Assembly: GCA_001802945.1 (NCBI GenBank)
Contig: MHAK01000016.1
Span: forward strand, 6,803-70,802
From: Ignavibacteria bacterium RIFCSPLOWO2_12_FULL_56_21
Lineage (GTDB): Bacteria > Bacteroidota > Ignavibacteria > UBA10030
Direction: 5' to 3'
Length of the DNA: 64,000 nucleotides
Shown here: positions 18,938 through 26,732 of the stretch, in pieces
Layout of the letters: the number at the start of each line of letters is the position of its first letter
Numbering within the stretch: position 1 is the stretch's first letter
Notes under the pieces: generated by a model
Seen by the model: only the letters and a program-made list of their open reading frames with translations
What the model was told of the DNA's origin: nothing
Database searches by the model: none
Made by a program: the position numbers and the translations under genes

Positions 18938-19726
18938 ATGAAACCGAAAGCGCTATTGATCGATATGACGATGTGCGTTGGCTGCAACGCTTGTCAGGAC
19001 GCCTGCAAGAAAGAGAACGGACTGGCCGAGGGCGAGGAACATAAACTGTCCGCCTCTGCCTATACGGCTCTTGAAGAACATGACGGCGTGTATGTCCGTC
19101 GCATGTGCCAGCACTGTGAAGACCCGACGTGCGCCTCCGTTTGTCCGGTCGGCGCATTCACCAAGACGCCCGAAGGGCCCGTCCTGTACGACGAGAACAA
19201 GTGCATCGGCTGCCGCTATTGCATGCAGGCGTGCCCGTTCCAGGTTCCCCGCTATGAGTGGAACAGCACGTTTCCGCGCGTACACAAATGCATTCTGTGC
19301 CCGCAGCGCGTTTCCAAGGGTCTTCCGACGGCGTGCGCCGAAGCATGTCCGACCGGCGCCACGACATTCGGCGATCGGGACGAGCTGATCAAGATCGCGT
19401 ACGAACGGATGAGTGCAGAGCCCGGGAAATACGTTCCGAAGCTCTACGGCGAGCATGAAGTGGGCGGGACCTCGGTCTTGTATCTCTCGTCCGTCCCGTT
19501 CGAACAGCTCGGTTTCAAGACGAACTTGCAGACTGCCGCTCTGCCACAACTGACGTGGAACGTGCTGTCGAAGATACCGAGCATCGTCACCGTTGGCGGC
19601 GCCATGCTGTACGGCATCTGGTGGATCACCAACCGGCGGGATGAGGTCCGCGCATACGAAGCGGCGCTTCAAGAACGTCGTTCGAACGGAAGCGGCGCCC
19701 ATACCACGAACCCCGAGGAGAACTGA
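18938..19726 (+). CDS. 4x[4Fe-4S] ferredoxin-type subunit (HybA/NrfC/PsrB-like) with C-terminal TM helix and no Tat signal
   Basis: Four cluster motifs: CVGCNACQDAC, CQHCEDPTCASVCP, CIGCRYCMQACP and CILCP...CAEACP. The N-terminus MKPKALLIDMTMC runs straight into cluster 1. C-terminal helix IPSIVTVGGAMLYGIWWI. Confidence 0.85.
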   Translation: MKPKALLIDMTMCVGCNACQDACKKENGLAEGEEHKLSASAYTALEEHDGVYVRRMCQHCEDPTCASVCPVGAFTKTPEGPVLYDENKCIGCRYCMQACPFQVPRYEWNSTFPRVHKCILCPQRVSKGLPTACAEACPTGATTFGDRDELIKIAYERMSAEPGKYVPKLYGEHEVGGTSVLYLSSVPFEQLGFKTNLQTAALPQLTWNVLSKIPSIVTVGGAMLYGIWWITNRRDEVRAYEAALQERRSNGSGAHTTNPEEN

Positions 19727-19729
19727 GCC

Positions 19730-20911
19730 ATGATGATCCCAAAATTCACCATGACGTTCTGGAAAGCGGTTGCAGTCGTCATCCTGGCCGCCGGTGCGGT
19801 CGCCACCATCGTCCGTTTCGGAATGGGACTGGGTGCTTCGACGAACCTGACCGACGAATTTCCATGGGGATTATGGATAGGGTTCGACGTTCTCTGCGGC
19901 GTTGGACTTGCGGCCGGCGGATTTACGCTTGCCGCGATCGTCTACATCTTCAATATCAAGAGGTTCGAGCCTATCGTTCGTCCCACGATCCTGACGGCGT
20001 TCCTCGGCTACATGCTTGTGATCGTGGCGTTGATGTTCGACCTCGGACGTCCGTTGCAGATCTGGCATGCCTTCATCATGTGGAATCCGCGCTCAGTCAT
20101 GTTCGAGGTAGCGTGGTGTGTCATACTCTACACGGCGGTACTGGCGTTGGAATTCGCGCCGGTCGTACTCGAGAAGTTCAACATGACGAAAACAATCGCG
20201 ATGCTGAAACGGATCTCGATTCCCCTCATCATCTTGGGCGTCCTATTGTCGACGCTGCATCAGTCGTCGCTGGGTTCGCTGTATCTCATCGTGCCCGAAA
20301 AGCTGTATCCGCTTTGGTATTCACCGCTGCTTCCGGTGTTCTTTTTCCTGACGGCGGTCGGAGTGGGGTGCGGCATGGTGTTGTTCGAATCGTCCATCAG
20401 CTCCCGCGTATTCAAACGGGGGCTGGAAGTCCACTTATTGTCGGACATTGCGCGAGTGGCAGTTGTTGTGCTTGGCGTGTATGCGGTCTTGAAGTTCATG
20501 GATCTCTCCGACCGAAAGGCGCTGTCGCTGCTGTTCGAACCGCGCGCTGAGACCTATTTCTACTGGCTGGAAGTTGCCGCAGGAATCATCGCGCCGATAC
20601 TTCTCTTCACGCAGCCGCGGATGCGCCGCTCGCCATCGGGACTCCTCGCCGGCGGTATGCTCATTGTGATCGGATTCGTCCTGAATCGGATGAACATCAC
20701 GATCACGGGAATGGAAGGATGGGCGGGCACTACGTATGTCCCGTCATGGATGGAACTTGCGGTGACCGTGGCAATCGTTGCGCTGGGGTTCATAGCGTTC
20801 GCATTCGCGGCAAAGTATTTGCCGCTGTTCGACCATGGCGGCGAAGGAAAGGTGCATGCGAAGATGGAGCTCGATATCACGGCGGATTTGCATGCGGTGT
20901 CGAGGTTGTAG
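19730..20911 (+). CDS. NrfD/HybB/PsrC family integral membrane quinone-interacting subunit
   Basis: 393 aa and highly hydrophobic, with about 10 predicted helices. It starts 4 nt after the FeS gene, and its size matches HybB-type proteins. Confidence 0.85.
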   Translation: MMIPKFTMTFWKAVAVVILAAGAVATIVRFGMGLGASTNLTDEFPWGLWIGFDVLCGVGLAAGGFTLAAIVYIFNIKRFEPIVRPTILTAFLGYMLVIVALMFDLGRPLQIWHAFIMWNPRSVMFEVAWCVILYTAVLALEFAPVVLEKFNMTKTIAMLKRISIPLIILGVLLSTLHQSSLGSLYLIVPEKLYPLWYSPLLPVFFFLTAVGVGCGMVLFESSISSRVFKRGLEVHLLSDIARVAVVVLGVYAVLKFMDLSDRKALSLLFEPRAETYFYWLEVAAGIIAPILLFTQPRMRRSPSGLLAGGMLIVIGFVLNRMNITITGMEGWAGTTYVPSWMELAVTVAIVALGFIAFAFAAKYLPLFDHGGEGKVHAKMELDITADLHAVSRL

Positions 20912-20920
20912 GGCGGCAGA

Positions 20921-20966
20921 GCGCAAAGCGCACGGCGCATGACAGGATGCGCTGTACGCTTTGCGC
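20921..20966. repeat. 20-bp-stem hairpin, family D (GCGCAAAGCGC / GCGCTTTGCGC)
   Basis: GCGCAAAGCGCACGGCGCAT, loop gacagg, then ATGCGCTGTACGCTTTGCGC (18/20 complementary). A third word copy is at 20971-20989. It starts 10 nt after the NrfD-like stop. Confidence 0.65.
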
Positions 20967-20995
20967 CGAGCGCCTCGCGCTTTGCGAAGACCACC

Positions 20996-21730
20996 ATGCT
21001 CAACAAACATTCATATCGTATCGCCCCTCCCGAGTTGCGTTGCGTGTGGATGACCGCCGGCGTCGTGACGTATCAGTTGTGCGACAGGAACTTTGAGTGT
21101 GCCGGTTGTCCGCTCGATGCCGCAATGCGGAACGCGTATGAGAAGATTGCCAGGCCGCCGCAGCGCCCTGCGGAAAATGCGCGGCGGCTGCTCAGACCCG
21201 GGAGGCTCTACACGGCGGAACATTGCTGGGTCGACATTCTCTCGACGAGGTCGGTGCGTATTGGCGTGGAACCATCGTTTGCAAAGCGGCTTGGACAGGC
21301 GGAGGGAATATCGCTTCCCGCGGCAGGACGAGCGATCATGGAACGTGAAACGGCAGCATGGTTCAGGTTTGAGGAAGGAATGGTCCCTGTTCGGCTGCCG
21401 TTCGACGTCCGCGTGACCATGAGCAATCGGGCCGTTCGTGCGGCCCCTGCGCTCGTCGCGGAGGATCCGTATGAGAGGGGTTGGCTGCTCGAAGCGGAAG
21501 TTGAACCGGATGCGTTAGGGGGAAGAAGCGTCATGACGGCCCGCGCCGCGGAGCGGGTGTACGACGAAGATGAAGAATCATTTCGTTCGGCGGTGATCGT
21601 TCCCGGCCGGGATGTACACGTCGGCCCAACGCTCCAGGATGGCGGCGAAGTCAACTCTTCGATCATCGCCGACATGGGAACAGCGAGGTATTGCGCGCTG
21701 GTGGCGAGGATCTATTGTAAGATCAATTAG
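20996..21730 (+). CDS. cytoplasmic protein: N-terminal 4-Cys motif plus GcvH-like domain lacking the lipoyl lysine
   Basis: C-x12-C-x5-C-x2-C (CVWMTAGVVTYQLCDRNFECAGC), then YTAEHCWV...VRIGVEPSFA...DPYERGWLLE, which follows the GcvH pattern. ATG 20996 is chosen because the ORF-track extension (20939) runs through the family D repeat. Confidence 0.6.
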   Translation: MLNKHSYRIAPPELRCVWMTAGVVTYQLCDRNFECAGCPLDAAMRNAYEKIARPPQRPAENARRLLRPGRLYTAEHCWVDILSTRSVRIGVEPSFAKRLGQAEGISLPAAGRAIMERETAAWFRFEEGMVPVRLPFDVRVTMSNRAVRAAPALVAEDPYERGWLLEAEVEPDALGGRSVMTARAAERVYDEDEESFRSAVIVPGRDVHVGPTLQDGGEVNSSIIADMGTARYCALVARIYCKIN

Positions 21731-21896
21731 CGGCAGTCGAGAGGCGTGAGATGTGAAAGGTGAATCGTCAATCGACAATCGAAAACCCCCACCCTCCTTC
21801 TCTCCCATTTCCAAGACTCCCCCATTGTCTCCTCTCGCCCGTGAGAATCTCTTCTGAGAATCTCTTCCTCTGGCTGATTCCAACTGTGACACCCTT

Positions 21897-21912
21897 TGGC
21901 ACGCTTTCTGCC
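21897..21912 (+). promoter_or_regulatory. candidate sigma-54 promoter upstream of the sensor kinase/activator pair
   Basis: TGGCACGCTTTCTGCC has GG/GC at exact spacing, with -12 reading CTGC instead of TTGC. It lies 20-27 nt upstream of the GTG starts at 21933/21939. Confidence 0.5.
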
Positions 21913-21932
21913 CCTCAATTCTACAGCGAGGT

Positions 21933-23585
21933 GTGTCCGTGCGTCTTTTCTCATCTTTGAAATTCCGGCTTCTGGCCGGTTCGCTTCTCCTGCTCGTCAT
22001 TCTCTTCGGTACGTATTCGTCGTACGCCGTTTGGTATCATGAACGGCAGCTCATGGCGCAGATGGAGGCGAATGCTCTCAGCATCAGCGAATTCCTGAAA
22101 TCGTCAACCCATTACAGCATGCTCCTCAATCGAAAAGAGGACGTGTATCGGACAATGGAAACGATCGGGAGAGGTGAGCTGATCGCGGGTATCCGTGTTT
22201 ACAACAAACGCGGTCTCATAACGTTTTCGACAGATTCATCCGAGAGGGGGCGAACGCTGGACCTGAACAGCGAGGCTTGCATCCGGTGTCATGCCCCCGG
22301 AACCGCTCCGGTCCTCTCGTTATCCGACGACCGCATTCGCATCGAAACCGGTCCGGCGGGAAGGATCCTCGCGACGATGAGCTCCATCCGGAATGAAGCT
22401 TCGTGTGCAGGTCCAGAGTGCCATGCCCCGCCCAAAGGGCAGCCTGTGGTGGGAGTGCTCGACGTACGTATGACCTTGTCACGCGTCGATGCCAGCATGG
22501 CAGAAGTCCGGACCGGAATGTTCCGCGTCGCAGCGATCCTGGCCGCTTGCGTGCTCTTCCTCGCATGGTGGAGTCTGTCGCGCATTGTGCTGGAACCGAT
22601 CACCGCACTGATGGAGGGGACGCAACAGATCTCCACAGGCAACCTCGAGCACCGCGTGCTCGTCGCCGCGCGGGATGAGCTCGGCGCCCTCGCCAAGAGC
22701 TTCAATGGAATGACGGATTCCATCCGAACGGCGCAAGAGGAAAATCGGCGCTGGTCGGCTACGCTGGAACAGCGGGTCCAGGAAAAGAGCGAAGAGCTGA
22801 CGGCCATTCATCGCCGTATCGTCCACGTGGAGAAAATGACGTCGCTCGGCCGGCTCTCGGCGACGGTCGCGCATGAACTTAACAATCCACTGTCAGGCAT
22901 TCTCACCTATTCGAAATTGCTGAGCCGCCAACTGTCGCGCACCAACTTCGCTTCTGCTTCGCCCGAAGATGTGCTAAGCGAGCTCGATATCATCATACGG
23001 GAAACACATCGATGCGGCGATATCGTCAAGAACCTTCTCCTCTTTTCCAAGAAGGAAAGCGGCGTCTTTGCATACGAGTCGCTCGAGTTGATCGTCGGAC
23101 ATGCGTATCTCATCGTGCGTCATCACCTGGAAATGCGGGACATCAGATTCGTGGAACTGAAACCGCACGGCAACGTGGAGTTGCTCTGTGACGCTCAACA
23201 GATCCAACAGGCCCTCGTAGCGTTGTTCGTCAACGCCGCGGACGCGATGGCGGACGGCGGAACGCTGACGGTGACATACGAAGCTGATGCGTCGGGTCGC
23301 CGGGCGGTTCTGTCCGTGTCCGATACCGGCATTGGCATCGACTCCGAACTCCTGCCCCGGATCTTCGAACCCTTCTATACGACCAAGGAAGGCGGTCAAG
23401 GTGTGGGGCTCGGCCTTGCCGTGGTGTACGGTATCATCGAACGCCATGGCGGGACCATCAGCGTCGATTCGTCCTCCGGCAAGGGGGCGACATTCACCAT
23501 GATCTTCCCGGCGGCAGAACAGACGAACGCCGACGCGCCGCAGTCGGCACTCCATTCGACAACGAAGTCTCTTCCAACAGCATGA
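21933..23585 (+). CDS. sensor histidine kinase: TM, extracytoplasmic loop with CXXCH heme-c motif, TM, HAMP, HisKA, HATPase
   Basis: TM1 is about residues 12-30 and TM2 about 197-216. The loop contains CIRCH (res 116-120) and CAGPECH (res 158-164). H-box SATVAHELNNPLSG; N/G boxes NAADAM, DTGIGI, GVGLGLAV. Confidence 0.9.
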   Translation: MSVRLFSSLKFRLLAGSLLLLVILFGTYSSYAVWYHERQLMAQMEANALSISEFLKSSTHYSMLLNRKEDVYRTMETIGRGELIAGIRVYNKRGLITFSTDSSERGRTLDLNSEACIRCHAPGTAPVLSLSDDRIRIETGPAGRILATMSSIRNEASCAGPECHAPPKGQPVVGVLDVRMTLSRVDASMAEVRTGMFRVAAILAACVLFLAWWSLSRIVLEPITALMEGTQQISTGNLEHRVLVAARDELGALAKSFNGMTDSIRTAQEENRRWSATLEQRVQEKSEELTAIHRRIVHVEKMTSLGRLSATVAHELNNPLSGILTYSKLLSRQLSRTNFASASPEDVLSELDIIIRETHRCGDIVKNLLLFSKKESGVFAYESLELIVGHAYLIVRHHLEMRDIRFVELKPHGNVELLCDAQQIQQALVALFVNAADAMADGGTLTVTYEADASGRRAVLSVSDTGIGIDSELLPRIFEPFYTTKEGGQGVGLGLAVVYGIIERHGGTISVDSSSGKGATFTMIFPAAEQTNADAPQSALHSTTKSLPTA

Positions 23586-24934
23586 CCATGGAAAACAAAC
23601 CTGCCATCCTCATCGTGGACGACGAAAAGGTCGTCCGGGATTCTCTTACAAAATGGTTCCGACAGGACGGATATGATGTGGACGGGGCGGAAAACGGAGC
23701 GGTAGCGCTGAAGAAAATGCAGGCCAGGGCGTGGGACCTCATTCTGCTTGACATTAAGATGCCGGGAATGGACGGCATGGAACTGCAACAGCGGATCAAA
23801 GAGCTGGACGTTCCCGCAACGATCATCTTTATCACAGCGCATGCGACGATCGATTCCGCCGTCCAGGCGCTGAAACAAGGGGCGTTCGATTATGTGACAA
23901 AGCCCGTCGACCCGGACTATCTGACGCATGTAGTGGCCAATGCTCTTCGCCAACGGTCGCTTTCAAAAGAGAACGAACGATTGCGCGAAGGGATAACTTC
24001 AGCAGCGCGGGCGGAGGAGATCGTCGGCGAGTCGCCACAGATCCGGAAGGTCTTTGACCTCATCGACACAGTAGCGAAGACCGACACGACGGTGATGATC
24101 CGCGGCGAGAGCGGCACAGGAAAGGAGCTTGTCGCCCGGGCCATCCATGCGAACAGCTCACGCCGCTTCTTTCCCATTGTTCCCGTCAATTGCGGAGCGA
24201 TGACGGAAGGTCTTCTGGAGAGCGAGCTGTTCGGCCACGAACGGGGGGCATTCACAGGGGCGCATTATCGGCGGAAAGGAAAGATCGAGCTCGCTGACGG
24301 CGGCACGATCTTCCTCGACGAGATCGGCAATATCAGCATGAAGACGCAGATGGACCTCTTGCGCGTGTTGGAGACGCGTCAATTCACGCGGGTCGGAGGG
24401 AACGACGTGATTTCCGTCGATTTCCGCGTCATTTGCGCGACAAATAAGGACCTTGAACGGGCGGTCAAAGAAGGGACATTCCGCGAGGACCTCTATTATA
24501 GGTTGAATGTGTTTACGATCGTCCTGCCTCCGTTGCGGGAGCGGCGAAGCGACATTGTGCCGCTGGCAAAGTATTTCCTGAAGAAATATGCCGCGCAGAT
24601 GAACAAGCCGGTAACCGGCTTTGCGCCCGATGCTATGGATGTACTCCTGCAATACGAGTGGCCGGGGAACGTGCGGGAGCTCGAGAACGCCATCGAGCGG
24701 GCAATGGTTATCGGCTCTCCGCCGATGCTGACTCCGAACGACCTGCCGTTCAAGCTATCGGATACCGTCGGCGCTGTGCGGTCTGGCACGCTGGCGGACG
24801 TCGAGCGAATCTACATCCAGGACGTACTGCATAAGAACGATTGGAACATCAGTCGTTCGGCGGAAGAGCTGGACATCGACCGGGTCACGCTGTATCACAA
24901 GATCGAAAAATACGGGTTCAAAAAGCCGGCGTGA
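23582..24934 (+). CDS. sigma-54-dependent Fis-family response regulator (NtrC-type)
   Basis: Receiver (ILIVDDE ... LLDIKMPGMDG), AAA+ domain (GESGTGKE, GAFTGA, FLDEIG) and C-terminal HTH (NISRSAEELDIDRVTLYHKIEKYG). ATGA overlap with the kinase gene. Confidence 0.95.
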   Translation: MTMENKPAILIVDDEKVVRDSLTKWFRQDGYDVDGAENGAVALKKMQARAWDLILLDIKMPGMDGMELQQRIKELDVPATIIFITAHATIDSAVQALKQGAFDYVTKPVDPDYLTHVVANALRQRSLSKENERLREGITSAARAEEIVGESPQIRKVFDLIDTVAKTDTTVMIRGESGTGKELVARAIHANSSRRFFPIVPVNCGAMTEGLLESELFGHERGAFTGAHYRRKGKIELADGGTIFLDEIGNISMKTQMDLLRVLETRQFTRVGGNDVISVDFRVICATNKDLERAVKEGTFREDLYYRLNVFTIVLPPLRERRSDIVPLAKYFLKKYAAQMNKPVTGFAPDAMDVLLQYEWPGNVRELENAIERAMVIGSPPMLTPNDLPFKLSDTVGAVRSGTLADVERIYIQDVLHKNDWNISRSAEELDIDRVTLYHKIEKYGFKKPA

Positions 24935-25476
24935 GCCGCAACATCCGCCTGTTGAACGCAACTGGGCTCGAGAAGAGCTCCCTGGAGTCGATAACCGTGC
25001 GTGTTGCCCGGGCGCTGCACTGTGATGTTCGGCTCGAGTCTTACCGGCCGGACCTGACTCGAGTGCTCGATCCTACGCGCGGACAGTGCCATTCGGGGGG
25101 ACTGCTGAAAGAAATGCAGGACCGATTCAACGGACGTGGGGAGCCGAATGAACGATTCGCCGCGCTGGTCGACGTCGACCTGTTTATCCCCGTCCTGACG
25201 TTCGTCTTCGGCGAAGCCCAGCTCGACGGAAAGTATGCCGTCATCTCGACCTACCGCTTGAAGAATGAATTCTACGGAATTCCTGCCGACCCCGGCCGAT
25301 TGCTTGAACGATTCGAAAAAGAGATTGTGCACGAGGCCGGACATGTGTTCGGCCTTTTGCATTGCAGGAATTTTGAATGTGTAATGCGATCGTCCACGTA
25401 CGTCGAGGAGATCGACTTGAAGCGGAATTCCCTTTGCAGCGATTGTGAAAGCATAATGGAGCGGAAAATGGAATGA
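24931..25476 (+). CDS. archaemetzincin-family zinc metallopeptidase (M54)
   Basis: HEAGHVFGLLHCRNFECVM...CSDC matches the HExxHxxGx3Cx4CxM...CxxC archaemetzincin signature. The GTG start overlaps the regulator's TGA (GTGA). Confidence 0.8.
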   Translation: MSRNIRLLNATGLEKSSLESITVRVARALHCDVRLESYRPDLTRVLDPTRGQCHSGGLLKEMQDRFNGRGEPNERFAALVDVDLFIPVLTFVFGEAQLDGKYAVISTYRLKNEFYGIPADPGRLLERFEKEIVHEAGHVFGLLHCRNFECVMRSSTYVEEIDLKRNSLCSDCESIMERKME

Positions 25477-25487
25477 TGGAAGGGGGA

Positions 25488-25525
25488 GGTCGGAAGTCGG
25501 AGGTCGGAAGTCAGAGGTCAGAGAG
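25488..25525 (+). repeat. purine-rich tandem heptamer repeat (RGTCRGA x5)
   Basis: GGTCGGA AGTCGGA GGTCGGA AGTCAGA GGTCAGA, starting 12 nt after the archaemetzincin stop. Confidence 0.6.
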
Positions 25526-25737
25526 CTCTTGGTGCCGGACGATTGCGCTATGCGCCATGCGCCTTGCGATTTCATTTCAACAACAAGAAACGCTCTCATT
25601 TTTGGCAACGCCATTCTGCAGGTTTTTCTCCAATCTCCCCCAAAATCGAGAATTCCGGTCATTCACTGCATGGCCAGATCGGGTTCAGTTGGTATGTAAG
25701 TTGTAGCGGCAGACTGCCATGCCTTGGCAGACAAACA

Positions 25738-25791
25738 AACCGCGAATGAACGCGAATGGACACGAATAAAGATTAGCGTTTATTCGCGGTT
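25738..25791. repeat. family A hairpin
   Basis: AACCGCGAATGAACGCGAATGGACACGAATAAAGATTAGCGTTTATTCGCGGTT. The outer 16 nt are near-perfectly complementary. It ends 47 nt upstream of etfB. Confidence 0.7.
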
Positions 25792-25837
25792 GCTTCTTTA
25801 GGTGCATTAAGAACATTATCGCATTTTTGAGAACCCA

Positions 25838-26725
25838 ATGATTTCTTCCATCGTGCTTGTCAAACAGGTCCCCGACACAGCAAACATCACGGGTAACGTG
25901 ATGCAGGAAGACGGAACCGTCAACCGGGCGAAGCTTCCCGCCGTCCTGAATCATGAGGACCGCGTCGCGCTTGAGTTGGCGCTGCAAGTCAAGGACCAGT
26001 ACGGCGGCGCGGTCGCGGCGGTTTCGATGGGACCACCGCGGGCCTCGGACATCCTTCGAGAATGCCTGTATATGGGGGCTGATTCCGCATATTTGGTAAC
26101 TGATCGCAAGTTCGCCGGGGCAGACACGCTCGCAACGTCATATGTCCTCAGTGAGGCCATCAGGAAAATTGGTCCGTTCGACCTCGTGTTCGCCGGGCGG
26201 CAGGCGATCGACGGAGACACCGCCCAAGTGGGTCCGCAGACCGCAGAGAAGCTCGGCATTCCCCAGATTACCTACGTCGACGCCATCCTCGGCGTGAAGA
26301 ACAGAGTTCTCACCGCTCGCCACCGGATCGACGGCGGAAGCGAGGTGGTAACGTGTAAACTGCCTGCGCTCCTGACCGTGCTCAAAGATGCGGCGGAACC
26401 GCGTCCGTTCAAAGCGCGCCGCGTCATGGCGTTCAAAGGGGCGAAATCGTTGCTCGAGTTGGAGAAGATGGCGGAAGGGAACTCGCTCCTCTATATCGAT
26501 AAGCTCGTGCATGAATTCCAGTCCCGCTCGATGTTCATCCCGACATTGACAATGGACGATCTTCAGCTCGACCCGGCACGCTGCGGCGTGCAGGGTTCGC
26601 CGACGAAGGTCTACAAAGTGGAATCTGTCGTTCTCACATCCGACGGGCGTCAGTCCGTCCCACCCACGAAAGAGGGTCTTGGATCGCTCATCGACCAACT
26701 CCTCGCTGACCATATCCTTGGATAG
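25838..26725 (+). CDS. etfB: electron transfer flavoprotein beta subunit
   Basis: 295 aa. IVLVKQVPDT, MGPPRASD and GRQAIDGDTAQVGP are typical EtfB motifs. Confidence 0.9.
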   Translation: MISSIVLVKQVPDTANITGNVMQEDGTVNRAKLPAVLNHEDRVALELALQVKDQYGGAVAAVSMGPPRASDILRECLYMGADSAYLVTDRKFAGADTLATSYVLSEAIRKIGPFDLVFAGRQAIDGDTAQVGPQTAEKLGIPQITYVDAILGVKNRVLTARHRIDGGSEVVTCKLPALLTVLKDAAEPRPFKARRVMAFKGAKSLLELEKMAEGNSLLYIDKLVHEFQSRSMFIPTLTMDDLQLDPARCGVQGSPTKVYKVESVVLTSDGRQSVPPTKEGLGSLIDQLLADHILG

Positions 26726-26732
26726 ATTGAAC

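Noticed and set aside
25488-25525. Tandem repeats here and in families A-D considered as a possible CRISPR array.
   Set aside because: The units are only 7-14 nt with no unique spacers of 25-40 nt. There are no cas genes, and the copies are inverted rather than direct. This is not a CRISPR array.
25746-25769. Mini-ORF ATG AAC GCG AAT GGA CAC GAA TAA (MNANGHE) inside the family A repeat. Similar MNAN-type reading frames appear in other copies (for example minus strand at 13612, after an AAGGAGG).
   Set aside because: The start codon is not conserved between copies (ATC at 29725), and lengths and frames differ. The peptide-like appearance follows trivially from the repeated GCGAATGAA word. The evidence for a leader peptide is insufficient.
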